DNA from: Dehalococcoidia bacterium
GTDB taxonomy: Bacteria; Chloroflexota; Dehalococcoidia; Lucifugimonadales; CATOSD01
Assembly: GCA_965203135.1 (NCBI GenBank)
Contig: CBDBBO010000003.1
Span: forward strand, 266 to 64,265
Reading direction: 5' to 3'
DNA: 64,000 nucleotides
Of this stretch, positions 35,185-43,915 are shown in pieces. Both the position numbers and the translations under genes were made by a program. The notes beneath the pieces were generated by a model. That model was not told where the DNA came from, made no database searches, and was given only the letters and a program-made list of their open reading frames with translations. Positions within the stretch are counted from its first letter, which is position 1, and each line of letters opens with the position of its first letter.

Positions 35185-35385
35185 ATGAAGCTGAGCGTGG
35201 ACAAGGAAGCGGACGCCCTGTACCTCCGCCTCGACGACTCTCAAATAGTCGAGTCCGAAGAGGTTTCGCCGGGTGTTGTGCTCGACTTTAATGAGGCAAA
35301 CGAAGTGGTTGGAGTGGAGATGCTGAACCTCTCGAAGCGCTCGTCCAGCCTCAATCTGTCGGCGCTGCAATTCGAGGCGGTTTGA
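35185..35385 (+). CDS. DUF2283-family small protein
   Basis: MKLSVDKEADALYLRLDD..VVLDFNEANEVVGVEMLN, the characteristic DUF2283 pattern. Alternative starts at 35167 and 35173. Confidence 0.7.
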   Translation: MKLSVDKEADALYLRLDDSQIVESEEVSPGVVLDFNEANEVVGVEMLNLSKRSSSLNLSALQFEAV

Positions 35386-35460
35386 GCGCCGGCCGGGAAA
35401 TCTTTGAACCGCTTCTCTTGTCTCGTTTTCGCGGTGGGAAAGCGGGTTGGCGAGGGTCTG

Positions 35461-36117
35461 ATGGGGATTACGATAGCCGAGATGGAGGGCAGGCGCGCCC
35501 AGGAGATCGCGGATGAGTGGCGGTCGCGGGGTTATGAGGTGGCGATTGGACCTACTCAAGAGCAGTTGCCGCCATTCCTCGCCGGGTTCAGCCCTGACCT
35601 TCTGATGAAAAAAGGGGACAGGGCAATCGTCGTCGAAGTGAGGTCAAGGCCCACTATGGAGAAGGAGGGCCGTCCGTCCGGGCTTGCGGCCGCGTTGGAA
35701 GAGAGGCCCGGATGGACCTACTGGTTGTCGCAGGTGAACGTGGGCGAGCAGCTCAGGGTGCCGAAGGGCGTTCGCGCGTTTACGCGGGAGGATGTGCTGG
35801 ATTGCGCGGCGCAATCGGAGCGGTTGCTGGAGGCGGGTTTCGCGGACGCGGCGTTCGTGCAGGCTTGCGCCGCCGCGGTTGGGGCGGTGAGGATTCTGCT
35901 GGACGAGGAGGGGGAGTTGCTGGGCAGGCCGCCGTCGGAGCACGCTATCTCCCAGGCTACGCACGAGGGCATCATATCGAGTGAGTGCTACTTTTTGCTG
36001 ACGGACGCGGTGAGCAGGCGGGACGCGCTGGTGAACGGGTTTGGGTTGGACGAGACGGACGCGGATGCGGTGCGGGAGGTGGTGGACGCGGCGCGGCGGC
36101 TGTTGGAGGAGGAGTGA
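35461..36117 (+). CDS. Hypothetical protein: PD-(D/E)xK-like N-terminal domain and HEPN-like helical C-terminal domain
   Basis: E..(helix)..SPDLLMKKGDRAIVVEVRS resembles an E/PD/ExK nuclease core. The C-terminal helices end in SRRDALVNGF, which aligns with the HEPN RNxLxHG motif with Asn in place of His. Assignment is by eye only. Confidence 0.4.
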   Translation: MGITIAEMEGRRAQEIADEWRSRGYEVAIGPTQEQLPPFLAGFSPDLLMKKGDRAIVVEVRSRPTMEKEGRPSGLAAALEERPGWTYWLSQVNVGEQLRVPKGVRAFTREDVLDCAAQSERLLEAGFADAAFVQACAAAVGAVRILLDEEGELLGRPPSEHAISQATHEGIISSECYFLLTDAVSRRDALVNGFGLDETDADAVREVVDAARRLLEEE

Positions 36118-36291
36118 CGGGTCGTAAGCGTTCGCAATGGGCAACCGAGGTAGCGCGGATGTGCGGGGGTAGATGCAAGAATCTTCCTGGAAACGGTGTG
36201 AGTCCACTAGCCTCCCTTGGCCTGAGCAACCTTCTCTGAGTCAAGTTACAGTACGTGTGGGCAAGAAAGCTGCTGATTATTAGGTGGAGAA

Positions 36292-37029
36292 TTGCTTCGA
36301 ACACTACCGCATCGAGTCAAGCAAGGGTTGAGAGGGTCATTCAGGGCCCTGTTCGGAATTGACCTCAGATTTGCTGACAACTACAACCACGATGAAATGA
36401 CTTACGAGGGAGACTCTTGGTATACGAGGCGCCTTCTTCACTTTGAACAACTGCTGAGGCGGGTAGAAGATGTCGACGGCAGAATCGTAGAGTGCGGAGT
36501 AGGCCCAGGTCGTTCCATCTTTGCATTTTCGATCCTTACCCAGACGGTCACACGCTCCCGTGAGATATGGGGTTATGACACGTTTGAAGGTATGCCGCCG
36601 CCAACAGTTGAAGACGGAGAAGTAAACGCAGGACATGAGGGCGTCTGGAGTTACTCGCGACGTAGGGTAAGCGCGCTTCTGGAATTCAATGGTGTAGACC
36701 GGTCCTTTATAGAGAACCAGATAAGGTTCAATGCTGGAAAATTGGAAGATACGCTTCCAGACTACGACGGCGAACCCATTGCGTTTCTTCACCTAGATGT
36801 CGACTTCTACAGCTCGTACAAGGTGGCCTTGGAACAGCTTTGGCCGCATGTAGCCACGGGTGGAGTCGTGGCGTTCGATGAATACAAGATGACAATATGG
36901 CCGGGAGCCACACAGGCGATCGATGAGTTCTTTTGCTCACGGCAAGAAACGTTGTCGAAGTCCGCGTTGATTGACCTCTACTACGTGGTCAAGCAGGGTT
37001 CGAATAGTGAGTCACAGTTACTGCAATAA
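36292..37029 (+). CDS. TylF/MycF-like SAM-dependent O-methyltransferase, paralogue 1
   Basis: IVECGVGPGRS..YDTFEGMPPP..FLHLDVDFYSSYK..GGVVAFDEY..WPGATQAIDEF. TTG start. Confidence 0.75.
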   Translation: MLRTLPHRVKQGLRGSFRALFGIDLRFADNYNHDEMTYEGDSWYTRRLLHFEQLLRRVEDVDGRIVECGVGPGRSIFAFSILTQTVTRSREIWGYDTFEGMPPPTVEDGEVNAGHEGVWSYSRRRVSALLEFNGVDRSFIENQIRFNAGKLEDTLPDYDGEPIAFLHLDVDFYSSYKVALEQLWPHVATGGVVAFDEYKMTIWPGATQAIDEFFCSRQETLSKSALIDLYYVVKQGSNSESQLLQ

Positions 37030-37125
37030 TGGGTACCGTATGAAAGCCTACCTTGACCTGAGCAACCTCCTCGGGGTTAAGCTACTGTGTGTAGGCGAGA
37101 AAGCTGCTGATTATCAGGTGGAGAA

Positions 37126-37866
37126 GTGCTTCGACGACTTCCTTATCGGTTCAAACAGGCGTTAAGAAGATCATTCAGGGAGCTGTTCGGCATAGACTTG
37201 CGCTTTGCCGACCTTTACGAGCTTGAGGACCTCACTTACAAAGGCGATGATTGGTACGTCAGGCGGTTGCTTCATTTCGAGCGGCTGTTGGCAAAGGTCG
37301 AGCACATTGACGGCAATATCGTCGAGTGTGGCGTCGGGCGAGGGACGTCCTTGTTCGCCTTTGGGATGCTCACTCAAACGGCTGTCCGGTCCCGCCAGAT
37401 CTTGGGCTTCGACACCTTTCGCGGGCTGCCGGAGCCATCCGTCGAGGACGGCGACTGGAACGCTAATCACGCTGGAGCGATGAGCTACTCCCAGCGCTAC
37501 GTGCGCAAGGTGCTTCAGGTAAACGGCCTGCCGCGAGAGTTCATCGACGAGTATGTGACACTAGTGCCCGGCGAATTCAAGGACACGTTGCCACTGTACT
37601 CAAGTGGCCCCATTGTGCTGATTCACATGGACATCGACTTCTATGAGTCGTACAGGGCAGTCTTCAAGCACCTTTGGTCTCACGTGGTGCGCGGTGGGGT
37701 AGTGGCATTTGACGAGTACGCCGCGCCGGACTGGCCGGGCGCAACACAGGCTGTGGACGAATTCGTCTGTACACGAGCCGAGGTAGTAGAGAAGTCGTCC
37801 GTGATCGATCGGTACTATGTCATCAAGCAATGTGAACTGAATTGCAGTGAGTGTGCCAATGAGTGA
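37126..37866 (+). CDS. TylF/MycF-like SAM-dependent O-methyltransferase, paralogue 2
   Basis: IVECGVGRGTS..FDTFRGLPEP..LIHMDIDFYESYR..GGVVAFDEY..WPGATQAVDEF. GTG start. Confidence 0.75.
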   Translation: MLRRLPYRFKQALRRSFRELFGIDLRFADLYELEDLTYKGDDWYVRRLLHFERLLAKVEHIDGNIVECGVGRGTSLFAFGMLTQTAVRSRQILGFDTFRGLPEPSVEDGDWNANHAGAMSYSQRYVRKVLQVNGLPREFIDEYVTLVPGEFKDTLPLYSSGPIVLIHMDIDFYESYRAVFKHLWSHVVRGGVVAFDEYAAPDWPGATQAVDEFVCTRAEVVEKSSVIDRYYVIKQCELNCSECANE

Positions 37867-39331
37867 TCTTTACCAGCGGCCGCCAGTTGTGTGCAAGTTA
37901 CCAGTAGTCGCGTATCCCGAGTTTCCTTACAGACCCCCGGAACGCTATCCAGAGTTCGGCACTCGCTCAATGGTGACCGACGAAGACAATGACGTGTACC
38001 GGGCGGTGCGCGAGGTCCTGGGCAGCCTCGGCTTGCACGCCACACACTACGGAACTTCGTCCTGGAATCCGTTTGGCAGCTTCCTCAGACCTGGCCAGCG
38101 TGCACTCCTAAAGCCCAACTGGGTGCTTCACGCTAACCACTTGGACGGTTCAATCAAATCGCTGTTGACTCATGCTTCCATTTTACGAGTGCTGCTAGAT
38201 TACCTTGTGCTCGCTCTGGAAGGGCGCGGCGCTGTTGACATTGCCGATGCGCCCCTTCAGGGTTGCGACTTTGAGGAGCTGAAACGCCGCACCAGAATCG
38301 AAGAACTACTGGACTTGTATCGTGAGGAGTTTCCTGGTATCAGCTTCAGTGTGATAGATCTGAGGAAAGTCACCTTTACGCCGAGAGAGCGCAGGGCGTC
38401 CAACGTGGGGACGCAGGCTGGACAGGAGGGAGACCCGCGCGGTTACACCCTAATCGACCTTGCTGAAGACAGCCTTCTCACCGACTTAGAAGACAGGTCT
38501 AAGCGGTTCAGGGTTACAATGTACGACCATCGGTTGATGAACCGCCGGCACACTCGTGGTAGGCACCAGTACCTGGTATCAAACTCTGTCTTGGACGCGG
38601 ACTTCGTTGTCAACGTGCCCAAGCTGAAGACCCACATCAAGGCGGGCATAACCGGCGCGCTCAAGAACCTTGTTGGCATCAACGGGCACAAGGAGTACCT
38701 GCCGCACCACATCAATGGGTGGCCGGGGAGTGGCGGGGACCAGTACGCGCGTCGCAGCGTGGTGAAGCCTATCTACAACGTGCTGTACGACAGGCGGTGG
38801 CGGGGCCACTCCAGCGGTGGAGTGGCGACACTCGCCCAAGCCTCGGTTCTAAGAACGCTCGCCAAGGCCTCCAGATTAGCCAGGGATGACCACATGTATG
38901 ACGGCGGATGGTCAGGAAACGACACAATACCCAGGACCACTATCGACCTTAATCATGCGCTCTATTTCTACCGCCAGGACATTCTTGGGCTTTCGACAAC
39001 CCCAGTTAGAAATGTCCTGAGCATCGTCGATGGTGTGGTTGCTGGAGAGGGCTACGGGCCGCTGTGGCCGACTGCCAAACCAGCGGGCGTTGTCATAGGC
39101 GGCTGGAATCCGCTAGCGATAGATACTCTCGGCGCGATGCTGATTGGTTATGACCCCATGAAGGTGCGGCTGCTCAAATACGGATTCGGACATCCGAAGA
39201 GTCTGCTTGCCCGCATCAGCCCAAGATTGCACGAACTTGAAATGACAGTGGACAGCGTCACCATGCCCATGGCGCGCACCGAGTCCATGTCATTCACGCT
39301 GCCAGAGGAATGGGAAGATGCTTCTGTCTGA
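37847..39331 (+). CDS. DUF362-domain protein
   Basis: ALLKPNWVL and PKLKTHIKAGITGALKNLVGING match the DUF362 signature pattern. Alternative start at 37859. Confidence 0.6.
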   Translation: MSVPMSDLYQRPPVVCKLPVVAYPEFPYRPPERYPEFGTRSMVTDEDNDVYRAVREVLGSLGLHATHYGTSSWNPFGSFLRPGQRALLKPNWVLHANHLDGSIKSLLTHASILRVLLDYLVLALEGRGAVDIADAPLQGCDFEELKRRTRIEELLDLYREEFPGISFSVIDLRKVTFTPRERRASNVGTQAGQEGDPRGYTLIDLAEDSLLTDLEDRSKRFRVTMYDHRLMNRRHTRGRHQYLVSNSVLDADFVVNVPKLKTHIKAGITGALKNLVGINGHKEYLPHHINGWPGSGGDQYARRSVVKPIYNVLYDRRWRGHSSGGVATLAQASVLRTLAKASRLARDDHMYDGGWSGNDTIPRTTIDLNHALYFYRQDILGLSTTPVRNVLSIVDGVVAGEGYGPLWPTAKPAGVVIGGWNPLAIDTLGAMLIGYDPMKVRLLKYGFGHPKSLLARISPRLHELEMTVDSVTMPMARTESMSFTLPEEWEDASV

Positions 39332-40661
39332 AAGGGCTTGGCGACACCGATTCTATCTGTTGTATCTCCTTCTCCGGTCGAACGCGTACTACAAGGACTA
39401 CGCCAAGCGCATCGACGCGATGGTTAGAGAAGACCCGATTGCCATGTCGGAGCGGCACCTTCAAGAACTTCTCAACTACACCAAGGGGCATAGTCCGTAC
39501 TATGCCGAACTGTTGGCAGATGGCGACGACTTTCGCTCTCTTCCTGTCCTGACCAAATACATCATGCGGGAGCGATTCGACGACATTCGCACGTCGCCGG
39601 AGTCGCCGACAGCTTACCGCAACAGTTCTGGTGGTTCTACAGGGCGGCCTGCAACCTTCATCCAGGACGCCCACTATGCGAGTTGGTCTAACGCCACGCA
39701 GGGCTACTACTTCCGCGAGATGCTGGGAGTGGAGATGAACACTGTTAAGAATCTCTGGTTGTGGGGCTCGGAGCGGGACTCACTCCAACTTAAGGACCGG
39801 GGATTTCGAGGCAAAGCCGCGAACTTTCTGACCAACAAGGTCTTCCTCAACACGTTTGATGTGGACGAGACGAGATGGCTGGAGTACATAGAGGTCATTC
39901 GCAGCTACCGCCCTCACTACATTGCAGGCTATGCCGGATCGCTCTACGAGATCGCCAGAGTCGCCCGCCGGCACAATATCGGAATGTACAGGCCAACCTT
40001 CGTGTATTCGGCCGCAGAGACGCTGCGAGACTTTATGCGAGCCGAGATCGAAGAGCAGTTCGGCACGAAGGTGTATGACTACTATGGGTCAAGGGAGGTC
40101 GGGGCAATCGCCGGAGAGTGTGCTAAAGGGAACAAGCACCTCTTCGTGATGAACAACCTGGTCGAGGTCCTTGATGACAATGACCGACCAGTCGAAACCG
40201 GCACTGACGGTAAGCTAGTCATTACGTGCCTGCACAACTACTCATTTCCGATGATTCGCTACGAGATTGGAGACGTTGGCGCGCTGGCAGAAGAGCCCTG
40301 CGGATGTGGATCCAGTCTTCCGCACTTGAGCAGCCTGTCAGGTAGGATAACGGATCACTTCGTTCTTGAGAGCGGCAAGCTTGTGCATGGCGAGTTTGTT
40401 ACTCACCTGTTCTATTTCAGGGACTGGGTGGACCAATTCCAGGTGGATCAGCTTGAGTACGACATGCTTAGGATCAGGGTGGTTCCACGCGATGTGGTGA
40501 ACCCCGATGACGTGGGCGAGATTAGTTCGAGTGTTCGGGCGGTGATGGGTGAGAAGTGCAAAATTGAATGGGAATACGTCGATGCAATTGAAAAGTCCGT
40601 ACAGGGCAAGTTCATCTTCACGCGCTGTCTGATTCCCGAGGAAGTGCTGGGCGGAAGCTAA
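39318..40661 (+). CDS. Phenylacetate-CoA-ligase/CapK-like adenylate-forming enzyme
   Basis: SSGGSTGRPATF (AMP-binding P-loop variant of the PaaK/CapK/F390-synthetase group). YDYYGSREVG. Overlaps the DUF362 gene by 14 nt. Confidence 0.7.
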   Translation: MLLSERAWRHRFYLLYLLLRSNAYYKDYAKRIDAMVREDPIAMSERHLQELLNYTKGHSPYYAELLADGDDFRSLPVLTKYIMRERFDDIRTSPESPTAYRNSSGGSTGRPATFIQDAHYASWSNATQGYYFREMLGVEMNTVKNLWLWGSERDSLQLKDRGFRGKAANFLTNKVFLNTFDVDETRWLEYIEVIRSYRPHYIAGYAGSLYEIARVARRHNIGMYRPTFVYSAAETLRDFMRAEIEEQFGTKVYDYYGSREVGAIAGECAKGNKHLFVMNNLVEVLDDNDRPVETGTDGKLVITCLHNYSFPMIRYEIGDVGALAEEPCGCGSSLPHLSSLSGRITDHFVLESGKLVHGEFVTHLFYFRDWVDQFQVDQLEYDMLRIRVVPRDVVNPDDVGEISSSVRAVMGEKCKIEWEYVDAIEKSVQGKFIFTRCLIPEEVLGGS

Positions 40662-40702
40662 GTTTCTGCTTGGACCCAAACAGATAGTCTTGTGAGGTTG
40701 AA

Positions 40703-41809
40703 GTGCGGGCCGCCAGATTAGCGTTGTTCACTGGGTCGATGCGGGGAGGAGGCGCAGAGCGGGCCATGCTGACTCTGGCGACGGAGTTCGCCAAACGTGA
40801 GATATGCGTTGATCTCGTGCTGGTCAAGGCAGAGGGCGAATACCTGGACATGGTGCCCGACGGTGTGCGGGTGTTCGACCTCGACTCGCACAGGACATAC
40901 GCCGCAGTTCCTAAGTTTCTTCGCTACGTGCGGCGCGAACGCCCCCCCACGCTGCTTTCTACTCTGCTGACGACAGACCTGGCGGCGCTGTTCGGCAAAC
41001 TGGTCCACCGTAAGCGGCTACGCGTGGTGGTGCGACAGGCGACGATGTTCTCGGATATGTTCGACGTAGAGAGGTTTAAGACTCGCCAATTCATGCGGCT
41101 GGCACGTCTGTTGATGCCGGCGGCGGATGCCATAGTTGCCGTGTCGGAAGGCGCGGCGGCAGACCTTCGAGGGCAGGTTCCGCGGGCCGCGGACAAGATA
41201 ACGACAATCTACAATCCGGTGGTGTCCGCCGATATCGAGGAGCAGGCGGCGGAGGCGGTGGAGCATCCGTGGTTTGGAGACGGCGAGCCGGTGGTGCTGG
41301 CAGCGGGTCGGATGTCGGCTGAGAAGGACTACCCTACCCTGTTGCGGGCCTTTGCGGAGGTGGCGCGGTCGCGGGCGGCGCGGCTGGTGATTCTGGGGCA
41401 GGGTCCGGATCGGGAGAGCCTGCTGGAACTGGCGGCGCGGCTGGGGATAGAGGATCGGTTTGACCTGCCGGGGTTCGACGTCAATCCGTTCCGGTACATG
41501 GCGAGGGCGTCGGTGTTCGTGCTGTCGTCGAGGTACGAGGGGTTTCCGAACGTGCTGGCGCAGGCGATGGCGTGCGGGGCGCCGGTGGTGAGCACGGATT
41601 GCCGGAGCGGGCCGAGCGAGATGCTGGAGGGGGGCAAGTGGGGTCGGCTGGTGCCGGTGGGGGACTGGCGGGCGATGGCGCGGGCGATCGAGGCGACGCT
41701 GGATGATCCGATGCCGGCAGAGGCGCTGAGGGCGAGGGCGTCGGTGTATTCGGTGGAGGCGTCGGTGGAGCGGTACCTGGAGGTGTTGTTGGGGGGGAGC
41801 GCGTCCTAG
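40703..41809 (+). CDS. GT4-family (GT-B) glycosyltransferase
   Basis: GGAERAML N-terminus. C-terminal SRYEGFPNVLAQAMACGAPVVSTD (E-x7-E region). Confidence 0.85.
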   Translation: MRAARLALFTGSMRGGGAERAMLTLATEFAKREICVDLVLVKAEGEYLDMVPDGVRVFDLDSHRTYAAVPKFLRYVRRERPPTLLSTLLTTDLAALFGKLVHRKRLRVVVRQATMFSDMFDVERFKTRQFMRLARLLMPAADAIVAVSEGAAADLRGQVPRAADKITTIYNPVVSADIEEQAAEAVEHPWFGDGEPVVLAAGRMSAEKDYPTLLRAFAEVARSRAARLVILGQGPDRESLLELAARLGIEDRFDLPGFDVNPFRYMARASVFVLSSRYEGFPNVLAQAMACGAPVVSTDCRSGPSEMLEGGKWGRLVPVGDWRAMARAIEATLDDPMPAEALRARASVYSVEASVERYLEVLLGGSAS

Positions 41810-41815
41810 ATTATC

Positions 41816-41850
41816 CACGAAGGGCACGAAGGGGCACGAAGGGGGAAGGG
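41816..41850. repeat. Tandem cacgaagg(g) x3 microrepeat running into gggggaaggga
   Basis: cacgaagggcacgaaggggcacgaagggggaaggga, read directly. Confidence 0.7.
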
Positions 41851-41868
41851 ATAGGGCGGCGCGTGGCG

Positions 41869-42039
41869 TTACGTTCGCAGCAGGATTGTGACGATGACGG
41901 CGAGCTGGGAGAGGGCGAACGTGACGCCAAAGGCCAGCACGGCGCGTGTGATCCGGTCGAGGCGGGCTTCGAGTGCGTCGAAGCGGGCGTCGAGTGCGTC
42001 GAAACTGGCGGCGATGGTGGCGTCGTGGGGCGAGTGCAT
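41869..42039 (-). CDS. Tail-anchored coiled-coil miniprotein (56 aa)
   Basis: FDALDARFDALEARLDRI followed by the C-terminal TM AVLAFGVTFALSQLAVIVTILLRT. Paralogue of the gene 7 nt upstream. Confidence 0.5.
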   Translation of the reverse strand: MHSPHDATIAASFDALDARFDALEARLDRITRAVLAFGVTFALSQLAVIVTILLRT

Positions 42040-42046
42040 AGTGGCG

Positions 42047-42316
42047 TTATGATCGCAGCACGACTGTGACGATGAGCGCGACCTGGGAGAGCGCGAAGGT
42101 GACGCCCAGGCCCAGCATGGCGAGTATGAGCCGGTCGATACGCGCGTTGACCGCATCGATGCGGGCGCTGAGTGTGTCGATGCGGGCGTCGACTGCGTCG
42201 AAGCGCGTGTTGACTGCGGCAAGGCCTTGCCGGAGGTCTTCTCGCAGTCCGGCGATGGTGGCGGCGTGCTCGGCGGTGCGCCCTTCGAGCACGCCGAGGC
42301 GGGATTCGGTAGTCAT
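42047..42316 (-). CDS. Tail-anchored coiled-coil miniprotein (89 aa)
   Basis: Heptad-like RFDAVDA-RIDTLSA-RIDAVNA-RIDRL, then the TM LILAMLGLGVTFALSQVALIVTVVLRS. Confidence 0.55.
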   Translation of the reverse strand: MTTESRLGVLEGRTAEHAATIAGLREDLRQGLAAVNTRFDAVDARIDTLSARIDAVNARIDRLILAMLGLGVTFALSQVALIVTVVLRS

Positions 42317-42501
42317 GGGGCGGCCCCTTTCGCCGTCAGTATAGCAGAAACGGCGTGGGGAAAGGTCGGGGCGAGTGGAGTGCAGGGGCTTTAGATTCCT
42401 CGGCTCCGCTGCGCTGCGCTCGGAATGGCGGGGAAAGCGCCGGGGGAAGGGACAAGTGGTATGCTGTGGATGGCTAATGTCACGAAAGGAGGAACTGAGG
42501 C

Positions 42502-43902
42502 GTGACGCCTGGGGATAGGTTACGGGATCGAATCGAGCGGAGGGAGGCGGTGGTGTGCGTGGTGGGCCTGGGGTACGTGGGGCTGCCGCTGGCGGTGACG
42601 TTCGCGGAGGCGGGGTTTAGCGTGGTGGGGGTGGATACGGACGCGGACCGGGTGGCGGCGGTGAACGCGGGGCGGTCGCACGTGCCGGACGTGGCGTCGG
42701 AGGCGGTGGCGCGGCTGGCCCTCGACGAGTGCAGGCTGAGCGCGGCGACAGGGTACGACGCGGTGGGCGAGGCGGACGCGGTGCTGATTTGCGTGCCGAC
42801 GCCGCTGGGGAAGACGCGGGACCCGGACGTGTCGTACATCGTGGCGGCGGCGCGCGAGGTGGCGCCGCGGCTGCGGGAGGGCGCGCTGGTGGTGTTGGAG
42901 AGCACGACGTATCCGGGGACGACGGAGGAGCTGGTGCTGCCTCGGCTGGTGGAAGGGTACCCCCATGCAGACCCTTCGACAAGCTCAGGGCAGGCTCTTT
43001 CCACTGCGAGGGGGAAGGGACAAGTGGTTGGGCAGGACTTCTTTCTGGCGTTCTCGCCGGAGCGGGTGGACCCGGGGCGGGAGGACTGGACCATCTCCAA
43101 CACGCCGAAGGTCATCGGTGGGGTGACGGAGGCGTGCACCGAGGCGGCGTCGTGCCTGTACGGGGCGGCCATTGAGCGGGTCGTGGCGGTGTCCTCGTCG
43201 CGGGCGGCGGAGATGGTGAAGCTGCTGGAGAACACGTTTCGGGCGGCGAACATCGCGCTGGCGAACGAGATGGCGATCATGTGCGCCCACCTGGGTCTGG
43301 ACGTGTGGGAGGTGATCGACGCGGCGTCCAGCAAGCCGTTCGGGTTCATGCCGTTCTACCCGGGGCCGGGACTGGGCGGGCACTGCATACCGGTGGACCC
43401 GCACTACCTGGTGTGGAAGATGCGGACGCTTGGGTACACGGCGCGGTTCATCCAGCTCGCGGACGAGATCAACTCGGCGATGCCGCAGCACGTGGTGCTG
43501 GAGGTCACGCGGGCGCTGGGGAGCGAGTCCAAGCCGCTGAACGGGGCGCGGGTGCTGGTGCTGGGCGTGGCGTACAAGCCGGACGTGGCGGACACGCGGG
43601 AGTCGCCGGCGCTGGACCTGATACACCTGTTGAGGCAGCAGGGGGCGGTGGTCGAATACCACGACCCGCTGGCGCCGTCGATACGGGAGGCGGGGTTGGA
43701 GATGGCGAGCGTGGGTACGGAGGGCGAACCGACGCTGGGGGAGGCGCTGGCGGCGGCGGACTGCGTGGTGGTGGTGACGGACCACAGCAGCTACGACTGG
43801 GAGGACGTGGTGGCGCGGAGCCGGCTGGTGGTGGACACGCGCAACGCGGTGGCGCGGGCGGGGGTGGCGGGGGGATCGGGTGCGAGGGTGTTTAAGCTGT
43901 GA
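42502..43902 (+). CDS. UDP-N-acetyl-hexosamine (ManNAc/GlcNAc) 6-dehydrogenase-family enzyme carrying an in-frame repeat insertion
   Basis: VCVVGLGYVGLPLAVTFA. PGLGGHCIPVDP. VLGVAYKPDVADTRESPA. About 24 extra codons (YPHADPSTSSGQALSTARGKGQVV) lie between LVLPRLVEG and GQDFFLAFSPERVDPG. Confidence 0.8.
   Translation: MTPGDRLRDRIERREAVVCVVGLGYVGLPLAVTFAEAGFSVVGVDTDADRVAAVNAGRSHVPDVASEAVARLALDECRLSAATGYDAVGEADAVLICVPTPLGKTRDPDVSYIVAAAREVAPRLREGALVVLESTTYPGTTEELVLPRLVEGYPHADPSTSSGQALSTARGKGQVVGQDFFLAFSPERVDPGREDWTISNTPKVIGGVTEACTEAASCLYGAAIERVVAVSSSRAAEMVKLLENTFRAANIALANEMAIMCAHLGLDVWEVIDAASSKPFGFMPFYPGPGLGGHCIPVDPHYLVWKMRTLGYTARFIQLADEINSAMPQHVVLEVTRALGSESKPLNGARVLVLGVAYKPDVADTRESPALDLIHLLRQQGAVVEYHDPLAPSIREAGLEMASVGTEGEPTLGEALAAADCVVVVTDHSSYDWEDVVARSRLVVDTRNAVARAGVAGGSGARVFKL
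42958..43028 (+). repeat. Dispersed repeat copy inserted in frame within a coding sequence
   Basis: tacccccatgcagacccttcgacaagctcagggcaggctctttccactgcgagggggaagggacaagtgg. Compare 48094-48159. Its right end (gggggaagggacaagtggt) also occurs at 42442-42460. Confidence 0.75.
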
Positions 43903-43915
43903 GGGCGCGGGCTGC

